From Raillietiella orientalis (lineage: Eukaryota): a stretch of 64,000 nucleotides of DNA. Shown in pieces: positions 35,673 to 49,892 of the stretch (the first letter of the stretch is position 1; each line of letters starts with the position of its first letter). A program made the position numbers and the translations under genes. The stretch spans positions 6,076,001-6,140,000 of the forward strand of contig JAYWIR010000001.1 in the NCBI GenBank assembly GCA_036172245.1. The letters run 5' to 3'. A model generated the notes under the pieces. It was not told where the DNA came from. It saw nothing but the letters and a program-made list of their open reading frames with translations, and ran no database searches.

Positions 35673-37132
35673 CTATCGCTCGCCGACCAGGAGGCTGTGC
35701 ATCCGGAACACGAGCTCCGGGTAGCAGGAGGCGAGGCGCAAGGCCAGCCGCAGCAGGCCGTTGAAGACGGCGACGCCGATGCGCCCCAGGAAGCGCGTGT
35801 GCAGGAACGTCTCCATGACGAAGCGCTGGAAGCGGTACATGGCGCGCGCGTAGCAGCCGCTTGCCGTCACGTCGGGCGTCAAGGTCAGCAGGCCCAGCGT
35901 GTACGCCCTGTACGCCTGGTCGTTGATAAAGGGCACGATGCACCCCATGGCCTTCAGGAGGGCGTCCGACAGGTTCGCGTACTCCGGGTTGGGATGCGAC
36001 ACGTTGGGGATGATGTAGAAGAACAAGATGGCGGAACACAGCCGCTTCATCTCCTCCACGCTCCTGTTGCAGAGGTTGAACCTGGGGCCCACAGACACCG
36101 CTGACACGGGCCCCACCGCGCGGGATCGACCTCACCTGTCCTCGATTCCCAGCAGGTAGCCTATCGCTCTCCAGAAGTGGGTCACGCCCTCCACTTCCCT
36201 TTCGGTGAGCAGAAGGCCGAGCTTCCGAGGGCACAGGATGACCAGACCGATGAACCCGAACTGGGTGATGGTCATGTCGGTCTGGGATATCATGAGGTTG
36301 GACTCCAAGGCGCACTTCTGCAGGAAGGGGTGAGGACCCCCCGAGAGAGGCGGCTCGAGGTCAAGGCTTCGCCCCTCGGGGAACCCACCTGGGCCTTGTG
36401 GTGCATCAGCTTCACTTTCATCAGTCCCTTGTGCGCCCTGTTTTCAGGGGCCCACACGTCGCCCTCGTACCACCAGATGACTTCGGTAATGGTGTGCAGG
36501 TACCTGTAGTACGCCTTTTTGGAAGTGTGCGACTGCTGGGTGAGGACGAGGACTTTGTTGATGGCGGGGACGCTGATGACGGACAGCAGCCCGCTCAACT
36601 TCCCTATCATCATGGAGAAAAAGTATTTTCGGAAGACGTCCTTCCCACTGGAAGATGGACCACACGTGGGAAGGCGGCGGCACCCACACGCGATGCCAGC
36701 GCCGCGTCCGCAGAGCGGTCGGCTGTTTGCGTTTGCTCAGAGGTCCGGCAGATGCCACCCGCTTCGCTGGGACTGTGCAGCGGGACGCGCACGCGCGGGA
36801 GAGGTGGCTGGAGCGGAGTTGTCCGCACGAAGGGGCGCGCTCCGAGGGGAAGTAGGAGAGGTGGAAGGGGTGGGGGGTGGCGTCCGACGTACCGGAAGGG
36901 TTCGCCTGAAGAACCGCGGAGGAGACCCTCCCAGGGGCACGTGGCTCAACCTTACCGCAACGCGCGGGGGAGGGGAAGAAGGGGATCCGCGGGAGGGGCG
37001 CCGGCTTTACCACTTGAACTTCTCTTGGTCCAGCCACTCCGGAGGGTCGACCCTTTCCTCCATCCGCAGAGGCACCTGGGATCCTTCCTGCAAGAGGTCG
37101 CCATAGTCGCCGGGGTCCACGCCGGGGTCCAT
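35673..37132 (-). CDS. ER-bound oxygenase mpaB / rubber oxygenase (Lcp)-like protein, 4 exons, 323 aa
   Basis: Exons 37132-37011, 36647-36389, 36317-36136 and 36081-35673; all introns GT-AG and phase-consistent (972 nt). Motifs PEWLDQEKFK, RYLHT, VKLMHH, ISQTDMTITQFGF and HFWRAIGYLLGI are typical of this family. Confidence 0.85.
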
Positions 37133-40100
37133 GCCGGGGCCGCGGAGCTGCGGGGAGACATGCGTGCGTCAAGACCCCGTCGGGAAAGCTTTCGCAGCCC
37201 CATCCGAGCTCTCCCTTACCCCGAACCCCCAGAAGGGAAAGCCGAGGAAGAAGAATAGAAACCAAAGGTCCTCCCCCTCCTCCCTCTCCCCTTCCCACTC
37301 TCTCCCTCCCTCCCGCAGAAAACCCACAGGAACCGCCACATTACCGTGTCTGTAGGGGTCGCTTCCGCCTTCCGCTCGAGCCTCCGTCAGTTCTGGGGTT
37401 CCTTCTGCTGGGTGGGGTCGGCGTGGACGCTCCCGTTCCGCTCAGCCAGCCGCCTGGCAGCGCCTCGGCGGCCCTCCTCCTTCCTCTTTTTTCTTTCTTT
37501 CTTTTTTTTTGTTTTAGGGGTAGTAGGGCAGTCTTCGGGGGTGGAGCGAGCAGCTCACAGCGTTAGGACACCGGCCCCTTCCCCCCTTGCGAGGACGGAG
37601 GAGACCCCTGAAGCAGCGCCGAACTGCGGAAGTTCGCAGAGCCGTCGCCGGCCGCGCTGTCGTCGGCCTCCCCGCTTTCGCCGGAGGGACACGTGCGTGT
37701 GCCGGCCCTTCCAACCTGCCGCCTCGGGAAGGCAGAGGACCGCCGGGCTCGCCCTCGGCACGGATCGGAAGGCGCGATCCGGGAGGGCAAGGGGGCCGAG
37801 AGCACTCTGGACCACGCGGAGGGACGGACGCGGGAAGGGTCAGCAGCAGCACCTGGGCGGGGCACCCCCTCGCGGCGCAACTGCGGAAGAGCGGGGATAG
37901 TAAGGGCGCGCGCGGCCGGGGTCCCCGTCCTTATAAGCGGCGCGCGGAGGGACCTTCTTTCGCCGACCTTGACCTACATCTCCGGGAGGGGGGAGAAAGG
38001 TCGCCGAGATGGAACCTGAGCGCAGCTACGCGGGGTGGCGCCGCAGAAGGGCCCGCGCCGCCACCGAGAGCCGGCAGGGGTCCCCATCCACCTGCCCTTC
38101 TCGGGAGGGTAGGCCGTCGAAGGGCGGACAGAAGGGACAAAGGGAAGGGGAAGGGGAGCGGGCGCAGTAGTCGACGAGGACGTCGCTCGGTTGCCCCAGG
38201 GCGATCTCTAGCGGCGGGCAGGCCAGCGCGCTCGAAGGGAGGACTGCGTCGTCGTCGGCAGCCCGCGCGACGAAGGGCGGGCGGGGGGTTGCGTGCGGAT
38301 GCGGCGCAGCCGTCGCGGCAGGGCAGTTCTGTGACGTCATGGAGAGGGGAAAGCGAAACGAAAAAGGCGGTGCAGGGGACGCGGCTGGGTCACCGGCGCC
38401 ACTCTCGGTGAAAGTCCCCGATACGGGTCGCGACCTTCGCCCCAGGACCAGAGCCACCGCCTTCCCGCGCTCCCCAGCGACGGTGAGATGTCCAAGAGGA
38501 GGAAGAGGGGAGGAAGGAAAAAGGAGGAGGAGGGTTCTTTCCCGTTCGATGCCGTGAGTTGGGTCCGGAGCAGTCTGCTGCCACCTCCGCGGAGGTTTCC
38601 GGCATGCCTGGCGATGCCGCTGGGTACTGTCGCACAAGGATGGTTGCTGTCGCCTCGTGGCGAAGTCGAGGTCGAAGTCCTCCCGTACTCATGGGAGGCG
38701 CGAACGAGGTAGATGCATCCTGCAGCTCTTGCTGGACCATGGTTGTGCACTCCGTTGAGTCTGGACCCCCCCTGGTATGAGTCGTCCCCCTCTCATCGGC
38801 AGTCACCGAGGAGATCGCCATCTTGAGCGATTCTCTGCGCCGACAGGGGCTCTGACTCTCTGCTGCCCCCTCCTGTCCTTCTCGCCTCCAGAGGTTGGTG
38901 GTAGGTCGGACAGCCTGCCATCGGATGGCAACGGCGTCGCTCGCGCACTCCGTGGCGAAGGGCGCGGCGCGCGCGCGTTTCCCGCGGGTCCCCTTTATCT
39001 TCGGTCGCCTCGCGACCGCGGGAGGGCACGGGTTTTTGACGCTGCACTCCCCACCCGAAATCCTCCGCCGGAGGGCGTCGGCAGAACCCTTTCCGGCTAA
39101 CCATCCTCGCTCCGTCCCATCTTTTCGCTTTTTCCGTCCCGGGCCGCCTAGCGGACCGCACCGCAGGGGAGTACTCCGCGGTGGGGTTGGGGAGGGCTTG
39201 GTTGCGAGGGCCCCATTCCGTCTGCCTCACGAGCGGTGGAGGAAGGGGATGCTCCCGTGGTATTGGGCCGAAGACGGTAAGCTCGGTGACTCCGCCGCCT
39301 CCGGGGTCGACCGTTCTTCCGCGCCAGCCCTTCCGGAACGCCTGAGGATCTTCCGAGCGTAGCGGGGCGGAGTTGGAGCCACCACCCACGAGGTGCCTCC
39401 AGCTGGCAAGACGACGCTGGCTCCCTGGGTGCAGGGAGCCGCCCTCACGGCAGCAACCGGCCCCTCCGAGGACAGGCTGCCGGTCGGAACCGCACCCGAT
39501 GCCCGGAGCTCGGGGAGGGCCGCCATTCTGCGCGAACCAGGCGCCTTCCTGGATCCCCCGGCGGCTCCGCTCTGCCTTCGAAGGGGCTCCCGTCACGCGG
39601 CCTGAGGCCCCTGGGTCGGTGGGAGGGGCTGCGGGGCAATCGCTGACGAGGAGACGGGCGATCTGGAGACTGGGTGAAAGGAAGGGGATAGAAGGAGGGA
39701 GGCGTCCGCCATCTTTTTTCAGCGCTAGTGAGGATGCTCGAGAAGGCCCGCGGACCCTTCTGCCCCGAAGTCCGCAGCGAGGTGGTCTGGGCATCCAGGA
39801 GAAGGGTGACCTAGCCGGCACCGAACAGCCCACCCCCGCGGTCATCAGGTGAGACCGGAACGGTGCCCTGGGATGCCAGCGGGTGCAGGAGAGACCCCCT
39901 CGGGGCGGAAGCAGCAGAGGAGTGAAACCGTTTGTGAGGGATCCGCAAGCTGACCCCATGCATCCGGGAGAAGCGGACTCCGCGGCTGAGGGCTCAGGAA
40001 GGCACCGCCACGGGGCAGGGGGAGGGAGGGCGTCGGCTTGAAGAGGGGAGAACTCCGGGACGTGCCGGGAAGGAACGTCCGCGGGAGCCTGGCCGAGGAG

Positions 40101-43100
40101 CTCGGCCTCGTCTGGCTGCAGGGACTGCGCCACTCCGCCCGAGCAGATAACCTGCCTGAACTTCGCTCTCCTGGCATCGGCAGGACTCGCCAACTGCACT
40201 CCCGAGGCGCTCCCTGAGACCCCCCCTCCAGGTCAGAGCTTAGGGACCCGCCCAACGCTGGCAGTCTCCCCACTGCGGCTGAAGGCACGGACACCGGGGG
40301 GGGGGGGGCGCCGAAGGTCTCGGGTTACCCGAGGCGCTTCCGACCTCCCTTCAGCTCGGCCAAGAGGCGACCCTCCGGACCCGGGGACCCATGAGGGCGA
40401 GATACCCGCACCACCTCATTCCTGATGCGCCCCGTTCAGGGAGGCCATCCCCGAAGGTGGCAGCAAGGTCACCTCCCGAGAGGAGCCGATCCCGTTCGTT
40501 CGGGCGTCAATGTGACAGAGGACAAATAATCTGAAATGATATCACGGGGAGTCGCTCACCCCCCCACGGAGATCGGGAGCCCGACCCATCTCAACATCGC
40601 CCTGGTTGTCTCCGAAGAAAACCTCCTCCTTGTTCTCTCCGAGGGACCCGCCCTTCCTTTCTTTCTTCTCCAAATGGACCCCCCGGAAGGATCCGCTCCT
40701 GGTCTTCTCCTCCGAAGAGGAACCCCAAAGGGACCTTCCCGATTTCTTCGAAGGCCGCTCCCCGGAAGGAAGCAGCGCGCCTCTTGGCACTCTGGAGAGG
40801 CAACCCCGAGCTGGTTGGTATCCCCGAGGAGGATACCAACCAGCTCCATAGAACGCGACGGAGGGTTCCCTCCCTCGAAGGGAAGAGAGCGTCTCCTTGA
40901 TTCCCAGAAGAACTCCGGAGGGTCAGCTTCCAATCCCGGACGGTCAACAGGGGCGTCCGTGGGTTCCACCAGCGCCGCACCCGAAGCCTTCGGGCGAACC
41001 AGCGTCGTCCTACTGAGGGAGAAGGGGGGGGGGAGGGGGCAATCCGCGATGCTCCTGGTGCCCAAGCGTGGGCGTCAGCATGTTCCTCTGGACATGCTTC
41101 CGCCCGTGTTGCCTGAGGGCACTCCATTCTCATCCGGGGGAATCCGAAGCATGGTCACTGGACACGAATGCTCTACGATGGTCCTAGCCGTAAGGGCTTC
41201 CAATGCTGCTTCTTGAGAGCCGGGTCTCCTTCAGCTGCTGAAAATCACCTTAGGCGAAGGTGGCAACACGCAGTCACTACGATTACAAGTGCAGCTCTCC
41301 AGCCGTCCTTGGAAGGGCCCGATGCTTCCCGCATTCCATGCCCCTACGTGCCCTACAGTTGCACCGCGATTTCGTGATCCGCTGCGCACCTATGCGCTGC
41401 TCTGTCACCTTCTAACCGGCGGGAGAATCCGACGAGATTCCCGAATGGATCGAGAAGGAAGGGAAGGAAAGGAAGACGCCGAAAGTGCGAAAATGGGAAA
41501 GCGTGAATGGGGCACGGGCGAAAACATGGCCCGCCCCAATCACGTGGCAGCCGTAAACTTTCGCTCCGACCATTCTCCGCTGAGAAGAGAAATTCTCAAG
41601 AAAAGAAAAAAAAAGGGAGGAAGCACCAAAGTGCAGCGAGATCAGACAGACAGCATCTCGCCGCGCATGCCCGCTGGAGAGTTCCACGTCCTCAGGAACT
41701 GCAGGAAAATCTTTAGCAGCCTTGCGACGCGGAATCTCTGTTGCTCTCGATCGAGTTCCGTCGACGAAGCTCTCGCAACTTGCTTACAGTGTCAAGGACG
41801 ACCTCACTGACCTCCCATTCTCGAGCGCGTTCTTTCCACGTACTGAAAAACTGGGAACTGTCCAGGAAGCCTGTTCTTTCCCAAGAGATATTCAACACCT
41901 TTTCAAGAACCTTTCTTCGCCCTGGGAACGAACTTCCTTGTTCGCTCGTTCATTTGCACATCCCCCTTTCCTTGTCCTTCAAGCGAAACTTCGTGTACAT
42001 TCATTTGCGATGCTAGGACGGAATCGTTTGGTCTCCTGGGGCAGCCACCCAGGCGCCGCAGGCTATTTCCGCCGCGGATGAGAAGGCCGCTCCCGCTCCG
42101 ACGACGTGCTGCAGTCGCCGAGGAACATTTGCTCTTTGGTTCGGGACGGGCGGAACGCAGCAGCCGAGACCGGATGCTTCCGGAAAGGGTCCAGTTTGAC
42201 GCGGGGGAGGGGAAATGCCCTCTGCGCATTCTCCTGGCGAGGCTTCGGGTTAGCGTAGTTTCGGAGGTACCGCTGATTCCTTCTTTGGGCTCGGATCGCC
42301 TCTGTTCGGGATGGCTCATTCAGCGATCTGCTTACACAGCCGAGTAGGCTGTGTAAGGTAATGTGTAAAAAAGATGGAGTACATCTTTTTTACACGATAC
42401 GTATAACCACGTTTCCACAAAGTGGAATGCCTTTTGTCGTGGTCGAGGTCGCCAACCTCTCCTCGGACGAGAAAAGAACTGATAACAAGTGAAGCTCATG
42501 GACCACTCTCGGGATCCTTTTTGCATTCGGGTGCTCCCCTGTGCAGCCATCTCCTTGGCAGCCGTGGAGTCCTCTGTCCCACCCCAGCACCAGAATGCGG
42601 CTAAGAGCGACTCTTCGATTCTCCTTGGCACAGAATGCGAATTCCGCTCCAGGTTTGTGCACGGGCGGTTCCCGAAAGCGGGAATCGTCGGCCACCCGAA
42701 AGCACATCGATCCTTATCCTACAGAACTTCTCGTGCAATTCCCCGCTCAGGGACCCCCACCATGCCAACTGGGGGAGACAAGCACAGAGCAGGTGCGAGC
42801 GAAATTTCATTTTTCGCCTTCCGGTCTCCGGTTTTCAGCATTACCAACTCTTTCTGCGGGAAACTTGAGGGTTCTCCTCTTTTCTTTGGTTCCTTCACCC
42901 GGCATGGACTTGAAGTTCCCGCGCGTCAAGAAACCTGAAACGGGAATGAGCTAGAAAAAACGGAATCAGACGACCAACAACCGAGTGCTACGCTTCGTTC
43001 ATCCAGTGTCCACGCCAGTGCCGAAGTGTCGGTTCCTGAATTCCAACGAATCGGACGAATTGAAAACCTATCATGAGGAATCAACAGGAGAGAATTCGTG

Positions 43101-43122
43101 CCTGCATGAACATCCGACAAAT

Positions 43123-46100
43123 CTAACACTGTATTAGCTTTCCTGCCCCATCGTCCAAACGCAAAACAAAAGAATGGAACGCTTTCAGCGATTCTCGGTG
43201 ACCAACACTTAAGTAGGTGATGCCCAGCTTTTGGCATTCTGTGTACAGAAGTTTTTCCATCTCTTCCGTGACAGACGATGTTGCTTCATCTAAAATGGCT
43301 AGCTTGGGTTTATGGTAGAACAAGCGAACGAAGGACAGGCGTTGAATCTCTCCGGGGGAAAGCATATCCTTCCTGACTTAGTCAAGTTACTCGGGTCCAA
43401 CATAAATTCAGCAAATACCATTCTGTTGAAGGCACAGCATCCAAGTTTCCCAAGGTGTCTACCAAGTGATCAAGATTGACCTTCCTCAGTAAAAATAGTA
43501 TACGCTCCTCGTCGTCGATCTGATAGTCACTCGCAAGGGGGTAGATTACCTGCTCAGGGCATGGCACCAGGTTACTTCGACGCTCTGTCACCTGTTCTCG
43601 TAGGGTGCCATGACCAAAGTAGGGCTTCTGTGGGATACAGAATATCCCGGAAGGGCCTGGTTCACAGAATCGCTGCACAGATCCGTCCTTGGGAACCCAT
43701 AATCCACAAAGCAGCCTGAGTAAACTCGTTTTTCCACACGAACTTGGGCCTGTGATCAGTATGTTCTGTCCTTGCCACACGCTTAAGGAGACACCTAGGA
43801 CAAACAAGGGGTGAACACGTGGATCATTCATGGGAAACCAACCATTCAAGAGACATCTGCGTCCATCCGGAGTCATCAAGCTCACCCCCTCGAATTTAAC
43901 CAGGCACTGCTCAGTTGTGGCCCTAGGGAAACCATTATGAATTCAACGAAAAATGATAAATTCGAGGTACTGTTATAAACGAATCCTGAAAATCGCGAAT
44001 CACGCTGCAAGGTGTACGAAAATCAGATTTCTGCCCACACGTCCATCGAAAAACAACAGCCAGCATCCCATGCTCACAACCAATGTGTTATTAGTAATGC
44101 ACAAACAGCAGGGACAAGAGGCAGCTACATAAGATGTTGGAATGATCTCACGCACGCAGGGAAATAAAAATGGGTACATGGAAAACCCAAACCAAGTTCC
44201 AAGCTATTAACAATATTTTGAAGAAGCTACGGAATCTTCTCCGAACCGGATGATATGATGGGTGCCAACTGCATGAGATGCCAATTTATCACCCATACAT
44301 AAACATGAACGTTTGGAAATTCAACTTCAGCCACATCCCAGCCCGTGCATGCGGGAGAATGCACGGAAACCGAACATTCCTTCCTGAATGCGAGGGCACC
44401 GGACGGGAGGAAACCGAAAGGATTTGCATCTAAGCAGGAAAAGGTTGTTCCGGGAGGCTGCTGATGCATAAAGCTACCTCGTCGCACACGAGAAATCAGC
44501 TTGAAACCAAAGGCTTGGAAATGCTTGGGAAGACTTTTTCCGCCTACGTTTCTGTTGACCGGCAAATGAAACTACTTGAGGTCTTCAGTGCCCACCACTG
44601 CTGTGTGCATAAGCGACACTTCGCCAGCAAGCACTCGTTGCTCATGGTCTTGCTGGTGAAGAAGAAGAATTCAACCAACAGCTTTTCCTACTCAGTCGTT
44701 TCTTTGGTTGTGTAAACAAGGTCGTGCTTGGTGCTCGTTTATCAGCAGCTTCTGCACGGCAGGAGCTGCTGATAAACGATAAGGCTCGCGTCTCGCGATT
44801 CACGAAGAGAGTTCCCTCTTCTTTCGTTTTCCAAGTGAAGTTCCTTCCCACTGCTGGTGCTTTCTGCTGGGCAGAGCGGGCGTCGACGTTTGGTTCAGGG
44901 CTTGGGGAGCTTCTTCGGTTAAAACATGATTTATGGACGCTCAAATGTCTACCAAGATTGCATTTATTTTACTCCACTTGTGATATCAAATCATTTACTA
45001 CATTTTTGGCTGAAAACAGGCTACAAGTTTGTTTTTTTTTTTTTTCAAATACCCTTTTGTGATTTCCTTGTAAATATCCCATCCTTGTACCAATCGACAC
45101 TGTGTTGGGAGCACCTGACGCTCTCAAGCCACCACCTACTTTCCTAAATGCAACAGATGAAAATGAGACTGTAAACTGTCACCACAAATTATTTTGAAAA
45201 CTGGATGTGGACATCTAACTGCTCATCACTGACTATATAGGAATAAGTCGGAACATCAGATGCTTAATAAGTGAAAATAAGACAAGCACATATCCGATAC
45301 TAAAAATCGGGTCCCAGAGACCAACTGTTTTCCACTAATGTTTGCTTATGATTCATGTTATACCTCAATATATATATAAATATATATATTACATTTTTCC
45401 TGTTTATGGAAATTATATCCAAAGTAAGTGACCAAAAGTTTTTTATTTTAGGCAACAAAACACACAAACATGGAGGACAAAAGAAAAAAGAAGAAGAAAA
45501 AAAACAAACAAGCATTGTATTTTATAACTACATTCACAATATTATTAATAAAAGATATGAATATGTCATTACTTATTTTTGGTGCTCATATATTCTGAAG
45601 TATCATAAAAGTATGTTTTATGATGATCTAGATATTCTAGCAGCTCTGCAAGCCGATGAGTCATGCCAGCCAGATCTGCAAGCACTTTGCACTGGCCAAT
45701 TAGCTGTGTGAATCCAGATATCAAATAAATACATATAAATGCATTCTATAAATTACCGTTTCTCATACTTCATTTTATTAAAACACTACACTAACCTTGC
45801 TAATAAGGGCACTCATCTCACTTGGCAACAAATGATCATATTGATTACTAAATAAGGGTATTGCCAAGAACAAATAACTTAGGACTGTGCTGCCATAATC
45901 ACAAAGATTAGTAGCAATATTCAATGCAAACTGATGCATAAATATCTTCTGCTGAACACAGAGCAGTGAATTAAGTCTCTTATTTGTTTGCTGGTATTCA
46001 GGAATTGCTGCTCCCAAAAATGCAATGGTTTCAGCATTGCAGCGAACTTGCAAATGCTTGTAGCTGACCAGAAATCATTAAATAATTATTCCTATTTACA

Positions 46101-49100
46101 ATGCCTAAAGAAAGAAAAAACATTATTATTAGCTTACCGTAAGTCTCCTTCTTTATTCTCCTGCTTAACAATGAGTGGAACAATGGGAATTATTAATAAT
46201 TTATTAATTGCAGTAGCCACCAAAAAGAAGACAAAGCATCCAACAGGTCCAATCCAGCCAATGCTGAATTTATTAAATGAACTCAAGCTTAGACACAATT
46301 ATTGCTCAATGCATAAGAATAAATGCATTTAAAATGTGTAAATTAATTTGCTGCATGTGTGTGGGGGGGAATAGCAATTCTGATAAATGTCTTATGTATG
46401 TTACAGATTTGCAACTGTGGTTCCTAGTTATAAAATTTGAATTGCCTAAAAACAGTTTTATAATGTCAAGTTTCTAATAACAGCATTTCCATATATTATT
46501 CATAGCCTTCTCAAGAAATCAAATCCAACACTATAAGTACAACATTTTTACATGAAGTCACATTTTGATTGTACATGTTTATTAGTTTTGAATTCTAAAT
46601 AAAGACTTCATGCTCCTTAATCCCCTTCCAACACCAAGAAAATTTTGTTTAGTCCATCAACATTCTGTACGACTAAAATCCCTCGTGAACAGATGTTATG
46701 CAAAACTCATTTAAATATCTCACAATAGTTATGATTCTCACAACAGAGTGGATCCTGCTAAAAATGCTTCTTTTGTTTAACATCCAAGTACAATTTATAG
46801 TTTGTGAACTTTGTGAGTTTTTCTGATTTATATTTTTATTTAAAAAAGTTTACTAAGAATTGGCATCATTATTCAAACTTCACTGTCAAGCTTGAAGTAA
46901 TCCACACATCCCAAATGAGCTCCAATATCATCAATGCCATGTAAGTCCACAGTTCGATTTTTTATTTGCCGTATTATTTACAATTGGAAAATATCTCCAA
47001 CTGTAAGTAGGTAGCATCCATTAATGTCAAACTGGACTGACAATAATGGATGCTACCTGAATATTCTTAAGTGAATGAAGATTTAATTGTAACTATGGTG
47101 CTATAAAATGCAATCTTTTTGGTATTCACCAGAATGGTTGGTTTCATCTGGAATTAGGATGCATTCGAAACTTTCTGAAATAAACTTTCGAATACAAAAC
47201 GTGGTGATAAAAGATGGAGAAGGTGAAGAAGAAGGTTTTGAAATTTTCACAAGTAGATTGATAAATTATACTTTTCATGATTTTAAAACAAAAAAAATGA
47301 TGTAATGATATTCTAGAATGCAATGATACAGAAAAGGTGCCCACATTTATTCTATAAAAAAGACGAAAATAAAAACTTGTCATTTTGCAAAACAAATATA
47401 CTACAAGTTGGTCCCTACAAGTTGACACTTGCAGATTCCATTCTCCCAAAAGCAAACTTCAGGAAAAATTAATCTCTTTTTAGGATTTTCCGAGAAATAG
47501 TTTTTTTTTTATACTCCACATTAGGTTTTTGCAACTGTTCTCTTTAAATATTTAAATATTTTTCCCCTGCAATGCTCATGTTATGTGGAACACCTCAAAA
47601 ATTCCCAAGACACACTTTTATTGCAGTGTGCCTTAAAATGCCAACTCATAATTAGATTGCACATTCACATGCAGCACAAACAAATATATGAATGTATGTA
47701 AATACATATAGACAACAGATGTCTTATGAACTTGCAATAGAGCATCATAAAGATAAAAATCTGTAAATATATAATTTGATTTCTGAAGTCTACTGCAGTC
47801 TAGAAGTACTCTGAATATCTGGCATCACCCTGTTCTTACAAGCAAATTTCATGTTCTCATACTTCAGCAGGTGCAAACTCAACATCATAACATTACATGC
47901 TCCATTCTATTCATGTACAGAAATAGGTACTCTACAAGATCAGTCACTACTGCAGTGGATAAAGTGATTTACTATATGACCTCATCCGTCTTACAAGAAA
48001 TGCAGTATTTCACTTGTAAACGTACACTGATTTCTTCCATACGAATCAACAGCACCACACATAAAATGCCTGATTGCATCTATTACCTTCTGTGTATGTA
48101 CATAAATAGATAATGCATGCATGAAGCAATTTTAAAATGCACATTCTCCAAATAAAATATAGGACTCGTTACTGGAATGATAATTTAAGAAACAAAATGT
48201 ATGCTACTCTAAACTAAGAAAGGACACAAATAAAAAGTATTTTCCAAGTCGGAAACCATTTTTTTGCACTTACTTTATGTAAGTCTGATAGGAATAGTAT
48301 ACTATGATGAAGGGAAGTACAAGCAAGACTTCAGTAAGATGGGAAAGCAAACTGCAGAACTTTTCAATATCTTGAGTTATTCTCTGGTCCCTAAAGTAAA
48401 CAACAAACTAAGAATTTATCAACAGGATCCAAATCATTCTTACGGATTATCTATCTCACAACCAAAGCAATTAAGGTGATAATAACTTAAACCCCAAAAA
48501 TAATATTTATGAACATATGTACTAAGAAGATATCGCCATAAACTACTCAAAGTGGACACTAAATATTTCTTTACACTTTTTACCTGGAAATGCATACAAA
48601 CAACTGAATTATAAGATTGACAATAGAAACACAATATAAACATTTGACGTATGCAGACATCCAGAAGTAGGATGTGGCATCTAACAATCTGCATTGATTT
48701 TATTAGACTGAACATAAATGAATAGGGTTACTTTCACAGAGGTACAATTTTACCATCTATTACTTACGTCTCTGTACCATTCTGGTGGTCAGGTGTTGCA
48801 GTGGATGTTCTATCATGAGGTGGCAAAAGTGAAAGGTCTTTTTGCAAAGAACTGCTTGTAAGTTGGGGCAATTCTTTCAAACTGCTTCAAATACGACAAA
48901 AAGAAAAAAAAAGGGGGGGGGGGATGAAGAAGGGAGATTGCTACTTATTTCTTTCAAATATTTCTTCCATTTAACAGGAAAGGTTTATCACCCAAGCACC
49001 GTCCCCATTTACCGGGAAACATGAGATTCAGCAGAAGCACAAGTTGTGTGTCTTGTACAGAAAGCAAGAAAGGAAAAGGCACTGGGATCACAGTCTCGTA

Positions 49101-49892
49101 CCAACCCTAGCTGGTACGAAAATGATAAATCTGGGAGCAGGAAAAACAAACCGCCAGCATGCATCATGGGCCACAACCCCGGGAAAAACGTTTCATGCAA
49201 AAGAATCACAACTGAGATCAAAGGCAAAGCTGAAAGAGAACTGCAAGAATGCATTTACGATCTCATTCTATGACAAGCCAATAACTTCAGGTGTTGTGAA
49301 ATAATGCCCGAGGTGGTGCTGGTCCTTCCCACATAAATCGGCATGGAAAAAGTAGAAATTCCGACACGGTCCAGACACACACCCACGGGATCTCACGGGA
49401 ACTCCCGAGTGCATTTTTTTTTTCTTTTTTTTTACGTATGTCTATGACGACCATTAACTATCCGTACGAAAAGACTTTTCTTTTATCCTTCCTTACCATC
49501 TGCATTTTGCATACAGCGATTCGGCAAGCCACATAGGAAAAATTACTCACCAAAGCTATGGATGATAATATGCCAATGCTCTGAAATGTGCTATTTACGA
49601 AACCCTCCATGTTTTTTTCCGACAAAACTCTGTAGAAATAGCTGGGTATCAGTCCAACGTTGTAGATCAGGAGCTGCTCTGGAAAAAAAAAAAAAAAAGA
49701 AAAACCCTATTCAAGGCACCTTGGCACGATAAATTACAGCTTACCTATCAACAGCGTGATGAGTAGAATCAAAACCAGAATAGACGACGACCTGTTTTCG
49801 CGTGGGAAAATGCACTTCAGGATGCTGCCCAATCTGGACCAGAAGAGGAAACCGATCTTGTAAGGTACCTTCGAATCTGACTTTTCATCCAT
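43123..49892 (-). CDS. ABCD4: ABC transporter subfamily D member 4 (lysosomal cobalamin exporter-like), multi-exon
   Basis: N-terminus [89 protein letters not shown], Walker [10 protein letters not shown], signature [31 protein letters not shown]. Exon 1 49892-49745, exon 2 49678-49551, stop at 43123. Confidence 0.95.
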
